Shown one piece after another: positions 57,675-64,000 of a stretch of DNA of 64,000 bases. The notes under the pieces were generated by a model, which saw only the letters and a program-made list of their open reading frames with translations, had not been told where the DNA came from and did no database searches. The stretch is taken from NCBI GenBank assembly GCA_964572275.1, contig CAZNED010000002.1, positions 12,582 to 76,581 on the forward strand, read 5' to 3'. Each line of letters begins with the position of its first letter. Position 1 is the stretch's first letter. The position numbers and the translations under genes are program-made. This DNA comes from an uncultured Candidatus Saccharibacteria bacterium (GTDB taxonomy: Bacteria; Patescibacteriota; Minisyncoccia; Minisyncoccales; UBA1441).

Positions 57675-60600
57675 TTATTTTTCTTGCTGGTATCCCGTCC
57701 CGGCTGGGATCACCCGGCCTATTATAACATTCTCTTTGAGACCCTGCAATTTATCTCTTTTACCGCGCAAAGAGGCTTCAATTAGTACTTGCGATGTTTG
57801 TTGGAATGATGCTGCCGAAAGGAAACTTCCTGAATTTAAAGACACTCTCGATATTCCCAGTAAAATTTGTTCTGTTTTCACTAAATTCTTCTTTTCTTTC
57901 TTGAGACGTTGATTCGCTTCGTCTATGTCAAAACGGTCAACAATCTTCCCTTTTACCCATGGACCGTCCCCGCTCTCTACAACTTTAACACGTGAGAACA
58001 TTTGACGCGCAATTACTTCTATGTGCTTGTCATGAATATTAACCCCGGCCGTCACATAAACTCTTTGAATTTCTTGAATAATATATCTCTGCGTTGCCAA
58101 TACGCCTTGATATCGCCAAATTAAATCCAAGGGCAGACTACCTTGGCTCAGAGGTTGACCAGGTTTTACTTTATCGCCCACCTTAACCAAAGCCTCGTGA
58201 TGAGCCAAAAGACGATATGACTTTCCGCGATTTTGTGATTTCTTAGTCAACGATTCAACCTTAATCACCCCTTTGGCTCGATCTATCTTAGTCACTTTTC
58301 CTTCTCGAATAACAACAGCTGCTGCTCCTTTTGGTATGCGATTTTCAAAAACTTCTTCAACTCTAGGCAATCCTTGTGTAATATCACCGCTTTCAACCAC
58401 ACCGCCAGTGTGAAATGTTCTCATTGTCAATTGAGTTCCAGGCTCTCCAATAGATTGAGCAGCAACTACCCCTACTGCTTCGCCTAAGCCAATCAAATCA
58501 TTACGACCAAGGTCCCAACCGTAACAATGACGACAAATACTACCTGCTGATTTACAAGTTAAAGGACTGCGTATTCTTACTTTACTGATCTGGAGCGCAT
58601 CAATCTCTCGAGCTTGATTCCAGTTGATAATATCTCCCTTTTTAACAATCTTATTTTTAGTTTTTGGATCTATAATATCTTCAAGTGTATAACGTCCGAC
58701 AATCTTAAAAACGAAATTCTGATTGATGGCATCAGCATCTGTTCGAAAAATCTCTAGCCCATCTTTGTCGCCACAATCATCTTCCCAAATAATTGTTTCA
58801 TGCGCTACGTCAACAAGTCGACGGGTTAAATATCCAGCGACTGAAGTTCTAAGAGCTTTATCAGCTGTTCCCTTGCGTGCTCCGTGTGTTGAAATAAAGT
58901 ATTCCAAGATACTTAAACCTTCCTTAAAAGAATTTCTTACTGGTAAAGTAATAATACGACCGGCTGGATTAGAAACTAACCCTTTCATTCCTGATATCTG
59001 GACAACTTGAGACCAAGAACCGCGAGAACCAGACTCAACCATAAGATAAATAGGATTAGTCGACGGAATATTGGCCTTCATCGCATCTTGAACTTTTTTC
59101 TTGGCTTCCTGCCACGTTCCGATATTAAGACGTCTCTCTTCATTAGCATTTATTTTTCCCTGTCGAAATTTTGCGGAATATTCTTCGTTTTTGGAATCAG
59201 CCCATTCTAAAATCTTAGCTTTATCTCGAGGAATAATAAAGTCATCCATTCCTAAACTAATACCGGCTAAAGTAGAGTGCTCATAACCAAGTTCTTTGAT
59301 TCTGTCTAGACAAACCTGAGCCTCTTCATTGCCATAACCCTCGATAATATCATTGATGATTCTACTTAAAGCGCGACCATCTACTTGTTTATTATGATAG
59401 GGATATTTAGACGGTAATCCTTCGTTGAAAATAATGCGGCCAATCGTTGTTTTGAATAATTCTGCCTGTTGCCCAGTGCTTAGCTGCATCATCACTCGGA
59501 TGGGCGTACGGAGATTGATATATCCTTGACTATGAGCCAACATCGCTTCATTAATACTACTGAAATACTTAATTTTCTTCTCTTCTGGCTCTTCTTCTGA
59601 TCCTGTCAAATAATAAATTCCGAAAACGATATCTTGGCTAGGTGAAACTATTGGTAAGCCAGTAGCTGGTTTACGCAAATTATGGCCCGAGAGCATAATT
59701 TCCCTTGCCTCTTTTTGTGCCTGTTTTGATAATGGTACATGCACAGCCATTTGATCTCCGTCAAAATCAGCATTGAATGCAGCGCAGACCAAGGGATGAA
59801 TTTTAATAGCATTATCCTCTATTAAAGTGGGATAAAATGCTTGGATCCCTAAGCGATGCAATGTAGGGGCTCGATTTAGTAATACCACCTTGCCACGAAC
59901 CACTTCTTCCAATATATTCCAAACCTCAGGAATTCCTTTTTCGATTAATCGTGAGGCCCCTCTGATATTATAAGCAATTTCTTGATCTAAGAGTTTCTTT
60001 ATGACGAATGGCTTGAATAGTTCCAGAGCCATTTTCTTGGGTAACCCACACTCTGTTAATTTCAATTCCGGACCGACGGCAATAACTGATCTACCAGAAT
60101 AATCCACTCTCTTACCAAGCAAGTTACGGCGAAAACGACCCATTTTCCCCTGAATATTATCCGTTAAAGAGCGTAATTTCCTTCTCCCTCCGATGCCGGT
60201 TCGCGCACTATTATCAATAAGAGCATCAACTGCTTCTTGCAACATTCTTTTCTCGTTACGGATGATTATTTCCGGCGTGTCAATTTCCAATAAATGCTTT
60301 AATCTATTATTGCGATTAATCACTCGTCGATAAAGATCATTTATGTCAGATGAAGCATAGCGACCTCCGTCTAATTGGACCATAGGTCTCAGATTTGGAG
60401 GCAAGACTGGTAGAATAGTCATGAACATCCATTCTGGACGTATATCAGATTCATACATCTCTCTCAAAAGGCGCATTCTCTCAGAGATCTTGCTTGATAA
60501 TGCATCGCTACCCGTTTCTTTCAATTGATCCGAAAGAGTACTTATCTCTTTTGGCAAATCCATCTCAGCCATTGTTCGGCGAACCGCCTCTGCTCCAGTT

Positions 60601-61229
60601 CGGGCTTCAAAACAAGCACCAAAACGGAGTGCCAGTGAGCGATATTCTTTTTCCGAGATTACTTTCAACGGTTCAATCGCATTGAGATCTTGATGCGCTC
60701 GGCGCCTGATTTCTTTCAAATTTTCTAAATCTTCTGGCGAAGCTTCTTTTGACTTTTCCTTGAATTCATCCTCTATCTCTTGAGCCATTTTCTCTTTTAT
60801 TTTTTCGTTCACCTTTACGATCAAATAAGCGGCGAAGTAAATCACTCGTTCTAATTTACGAGTAGATATGCCTAACACTGTACTCATGCGATACGGCGCC
60901 CGACGTAAAAACCAGGCATGAGCAACTGGTGTCGCTAATTCAATATGCCCCATTCTTTCTCTTCTGGCCGAGGATTTTGTTACCTCGACTCCGCATCTAT
61001 CGCAAACAATGTTTTTATAACGCACCCCTTTATATTTACCGCAATAACACTGATAATCTTTCGTAGGTCCGAAAATCTTTTCACAAAACAGTCCTCCTTT
61101 TTCAGGCTTGCCTGCCCGATAATTTATGGTTTCCGGCTTAGTAACCTCTCCATGGCTCCATTTAAGAATTGTTTCAGGAGAAGCCAATTTAATCAGGACT
61201 GAAATTTTGTTTTTAGTTGGTGCAGACAT
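57675..61229 (-). CDS. rpoC: RNA polymerase beta' subunit
   Basis: KPETINYR, NLLGKRVDYSGRS, NADFDGD, GEPGTQLTMRTFH. Confidence 0.98.
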   Translation of the reverse strand: MSAPTKNKISVLIKLASPETILKWSHGEVTKPETINYRAGKPEKGGLFCEKIFGPTKDYQCYCGKYKGVRYKNIVCDRCGVEVTKSSARRERMGHIELATPVAHAWFLRRAPYRMSTVLGISTRKLERVIYFAAYLIVKVNEKIKEKMAQEIEDEFKEKSKEASPEDLENLKEIRRRAHQDLNAIEPLKVISEKEYRSLALRFGACFEARTGAEAVRRTMAEMDLPKEISTLSDQLKETGSDALSSKISERMRLLREMYESDIRPEWMFMTILPVLPPNLRPMVQLDGGRYASSDINDLYRRVINRNNRLKHLLEIDTPEIIIRNEKRMLQEAVDALIDNSARTGIGGRRKLRSLTDNIQGKMGRFRRNLLGKRVDYSGRSVIAVGPELKLTECGLPKKMALELFKPFVIKKLLDQEIAYNIRGASRLIEKGIPEVWNILEEVVRGKVVLLNRAPTLHRLGIQAFYPTLIEDNAIKIHPLVCAAFNADFDGDQMAVHVPLSKQAQKEAREIMLSGHNLRKPATGLPIVSPSQDIVFGIYYLTGSEEEPEEKKIKYFSSINEAMLAHSQGYINLRTPIRVMMQLSTGQQAELFKTTIGRIIFNEGLPSKYPYHNKQVDGRALSRIINDIIEGYGNEEAQVCLDRIKELGYEHSTLAGISLGMDDFIIPRDKAKILEWADSKNEEYSAKFRQGKINANEERRLNIGTWQEAKKKVQDAMKANIPSTNPIYLMVESGSRGSWSQVVQISGMKGLVSNPAGRIITLPVRNSFKEGLSILEYFISTHGARKGTADKALRTSVAGYLTRRLVDVAHETIIWEDDCGDKDGLEIFRTDADAINQNFVFKIVGRYTLEDIIDPKTKNKIVKKGDIINWNQAREIDALQISKVRIRSPLTCKSAGSICRHCYGWDLGRNDLIGLGEAVGVVAAQSIGEPGTQLTMRTFHTGGVVESGDITQGLPRVEEVFENRIPKGAAAVVIREGKVTKIDRAKGVIKVESLTKKSQNRGKSYRLLAHHEALVKVGDKVKPGQPLSQGSLPLDLIWRYQGVLATQRYIIQEIQRVYVTAGVNIHDKHIEVIARQMFSRVKVVESGDGPWVKGKIVDRFDIDEANQRLKKEKKNLVKTEQILLGISRVSLNSGSFLSAASFQQTSQVLIEASLRGKRDKLQGLKENVIIGRVIPAGTGYQQEK

Positions 61230-61241
61230 ATCAAAATTGTA

Positions 61242-64000
61242 TTAATCCTGTCCCTGGATCTGAATATCCAGCGCCAGAGATTTTAATTCATTAAGCAAAA
61301 GAATTAATGAAGCCGGCCGATAATAATTCTCGATCGGTTTCCCTCTTAAGATGGCTTCATATGCTTCAGAGCGTCCGCGGATATCATCCGACTTAATGGT
61401 CATCATTTCCTGTAGCGTATAGGCCGCTCCATAGCCTTCTAGGGCCCAAACTTCCATTTCTCCGAAGCGCTGACCTCCGAATTGAGCTTTACCGCCTAAG
61501 GGTTGCTGCGTAATTAATGAATACGGGCCGATGGAACGCATATGAATTTTATCTTGCACCATATGATGCAATTTAAGCATATACATTTTCCCAACTGTAA
61601 TCTGATGTTCGAATTTTTCACCTGAGCGACCATCATAAAGAGTTACTTGTCCATTTTCAGGTAATCCGGCAGCTTTCATTTCATTTTTAATTTCTTCTTC
61701 TGCTACCCCAATCATAGCCGGAGCAGTAACCGATTGATTCAATCTTTCAGCCGCCCAACCTAAATGTGTCTCTAATATTTGTCCGACATTCATTCTCGAA
61801 ACAACTCCCATCGGGCTAAGAATAACATCTATCGGTGTCCCGTCTTCCAAGAAAGGCATTTCTTCTTCTGGCAAAATTTCGGCAATAATACCTTTATTCC
61901 CATGGCGGCCAGATATTTTATCGCCCACTTCAATGTTACGAATTTGAGCGACTTCAATCTTGATCTTTTGTAAAGTACCGGATTCCAATCTATCTCCCCG
62001 ATCACGAGAAAAAACATGCACCCCCACCACGCGGCCTTTCTTCCCGTAAGGCATAGTCAAAGAAGTATCTTTCACTTCTTTCGCCTTCTCTCCAAAGATC
62101 GCTTTCACTAATCTCTCTTCCGGCGAAAGTTCTATCTGTCCCTTGGGTGATATCTTTCCAACTAGAATATCGCCCGGTCCGACTTCAGCTCCAATTCGGA
62201 CAATACCCCGCTCATCAAGATCTTTTAATTTCTCTTCTCCAACATTGGGGATATCAGATGTTGTTATTTCCGGACCAAGTTTAGTATTGCGAACTTCGCA
62301 AACAAAATCTTCTATATGGATTGAAGCAAAAGTATTATTTTTAGCCAATCTCTCTGAAACCACAACCGCATCTTCATAGTTCATTCCTCGATAAAGCATG
62401 AATGCCACCGTAATATTGGTGCCTAGGGCTAAACGGCCATCAACGATTGAAGAGCTATCTGTCAGGACATCTCCTTTCTTTACTTTCTGCCCTTTATCAA
62501 CAATCGGTTGTTGATGATAGCAAGTAAATTGATTGCCTCTTACAAAATTTTGAAGAAGATAAATTTTATTATTAATTTTGATATGTTTCCCATCGACATC
62601 TTTAACTATTCCCGCCTCTTCTGCTAATAAAACACGGCCTGATTCGCGCGCAACTTTCTCTTCCATGCCTGTTCCGACCAAGGGAGATTCAGCATTAATT
62701 AGAGGCACAGCTTGCCGCTGCATATTACAACCCATTAAGGCCCTATTAGCGTCATCATTGCATAAAAAAGGAATCAAACTCGCGGCAATACTTAAGGTTT
62801 GGTTTGGTGAAACATCTATGAAATCGATATTTGTTCGATCAGCTACCACCGGACGACCCTGGAAGCGAGCATCCACTTTTTTATTGACGATACGATTTTG
62901 GTTATCGATTATTTCATCAGCCTGAGCAATATAATAATTCTCTTCTTCCTGCGCATTTAAATAAACAACTTCGTTTGTTAAAGTTCCATTCTTAACTTTA
63001 AAGTATGGAGTCTCAATGAATCCATATTCATTTATTTCGGCTACAACTGTCAGATGGTTGACTAATCCAACATTAGGACCTTCAGGCGTTTCAATTGGAC
63101 AAATACGACCATAATGTGATGGTTGCACGTCTCGTGCATCAAAACCGGCACGCTGTCTCGTCAATCCCCCTGGACCAGTGGCAGATAAACGTCTCTTATG
63201 CTCTATCTCAGCTAATGGATTATCGCTATCCATAAATTGTGAAAATGCCGAGACTCCGAAGAAATTCTGCAAAGAGACAGCCAATAATCTGGGGTCAATT
63301 AAACGCGAAGGACTGATCTCCGCTTCATTTAAGGTAGACATTCTGTCTTGAGTCACGCGGCGAATGCGAGCTAAACCGATCCTCAATTGGCCTTGTAATA
63401 ATTCTGCGAGATCTCGGATGCGACGATTAGCTAAATGATCTATAGAGTCAGATTGAGCTTCGGGATTATTATTAAGTCTAATAATTTCACGAATCGTCGC
63501 TACCACATCTTTAGGATGCAGCACTCTATCATCTAGGGAAATGGATTTTCTATCCTTTCTTTCAATTAATCTTTCTCGAATCTTCCAGCGACCAACTTCC
63601 GCTAAATCATAACGAGAAAAATTAAGAAACATATTCTTTAAGAATTCTTTAGCCGTATCAGGCGTGACCATCTCTCCTGGTCGCAAGCGATGATATATCT
63701 CAACAGCCGCCTCGTCCCCATTCTGGGTAGCATCTTCTTCAAGAGTATTTTTTATGAAAGAAATTGAGCCAGTATCAACATCTTTGAACAATTTTTCAAT
63801 CTCGGAATTAGTTGAATAACCCAGAGCCCTTAAGAATGTTGTTGCTAAAACTTTTTTACGCCGATTAATCTTAATCTGTATCCTTCCGCTATGGTCAGTT
63901 TCAAATTCCAACCAACTTCCTCGATCAGGGATCATCACTGCTCCAAAATAATTTCGATCCCCAATTTTTTCTCCCTCAAAAAATACCCCCGGAGAACGTA
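61242..64000 (-). CDS. rpoB: RNA polymerase beta subunit (5' part lies outside the window)
   Basis: HYGRICPIETPEG, GDKISGRHGNKG, GQRFGEMEVWALE. The frame stays open past 63938 (RSPGVFF...) to the window end. Confidence 0.98.
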   Translation of the reverse strand, partial: RSPGVFFEGEKIGDRNYFGAVMIPDRGSWLEFETDHSGRIQIKINRRKKVLATTFLRALGYSTNSEIEKLFKDVDTGSISFIKNTLEEDATQNGDEAAVEIYHRLRPGEMVTPDTAKEFLKNMFLNFSRYDLAEVGRWKIRERLIERKDRKSISLDDRVLHPKDVVATIREIIRLNNNPEAQSDSIDHLANRRIRDLAELLQGQLRIGLARIRRVTQDRMSTLNEAEISPSRLIDPRLLAVSLQNFFGVSAFSQFMDSDNPLAEIEHKRRLSATGPGGLTRQRAGFDARDVQPSHYGRICPIETPEGPNVGLVNHLTVVAEINEYGFIETPYFKVKNGTLTNEVVYLNAQEEENYYIAQADEIIDNQNRIVNKKVDARFQGRPVVADRTNIDFIDVSPNQTLSIAASLIPFLCNDDANRALMGCNMQRQAVPLINAESPLVGTGMEEKVARESGRVLLAEEAGIVKDVDGKHIKINNKIYLLQNFVRGNQFTCYHQQPIVDKGQKVKKGDVLTDSSSIVDGRLALGTNITVAFMLYRGMNYEDAVVVSERLAKNNTFASIHIEDFVCEVRNTKLGPEITTSDIPNVGEEKLKDLDERGIVRIGAEVGPGDILVGKISPKGQIELSPEERLVKAIFGEKAKEVKDTSLTMPYGKKGRVVGVHVFSRDRGDRLESGTLQKIKIEVAQIRNIEVGDKISGRHGNKGIIAEILPEEEMPFLEDGTPIDVILSPMGVVSRMNVGQILETHLGWAAERLNQSVTAPAMIGVAEEEIKNEMKAAGLPENGQVTLYDGRSGEKFEHQITVGKMYMLKLHHMVQDKIHMRSIGPYSLITQQPLGGKAQFGGQRFGEMEVWALEGYGAAYTLQEMMTIKSDDIRGRSEAYEAILRGKPIENYYRPASLILLLNELKSLALDIQIQGQD

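Overview
This is core chromosome of an AT-rich, gene-dense bacterium using genetic code 11. Gene content points to Patescibacteria/CPR, Parcubacteria-type (inference). The clues are the sigma70-r4/HARE-HTH gene, the DUF87-ATPase pair, a parvulin-fused SecD, CPR-type peptidoglycan-binding domains, and short leaders without Shine-Dalgarno (SD) sites. Rubrerythrin and desulforedoxin suggest an anaerobic habitat. The window holds about 60 CDS, running from a partial eno to a partial rpoB, plus five tRNAs and RNase P RNA. I found no CRISPR array, integrase or transposase. I added several genes missing from the ORF track: eno, the frameshifted N-terminus of prfB, desulforedoxin, a 44-aa hyperacidic protein and a 41-aa membrane peptide. 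Leading oddities are: (1) a coupled cluster of GGPP synthase, a UbiA-family enzyme and a multi-TM histidine kinase that may be an isoprenoid make-and-sense module; (2) a phage-type DUF669 SSB sitting in the ssb slot of rpsF-ssb-rpsR; (3) intact but catalytically eroded GalU-like, PGK-like and TsaC-like genes, with the GalU-like one coupled to a divergent FtsZ; (4) a GC-rich orphan cassette with a nearby, partly complementary sRNA, and a second structured sRNA; (5) a prfB frameshift site with a hairpin in place of the internal SD; (6) an ftsB stop codon inside tRNA-Gly; (7) a repeated 16-bp promoter spacer. All family assignments come from motif recognition by eye; no searches were run.
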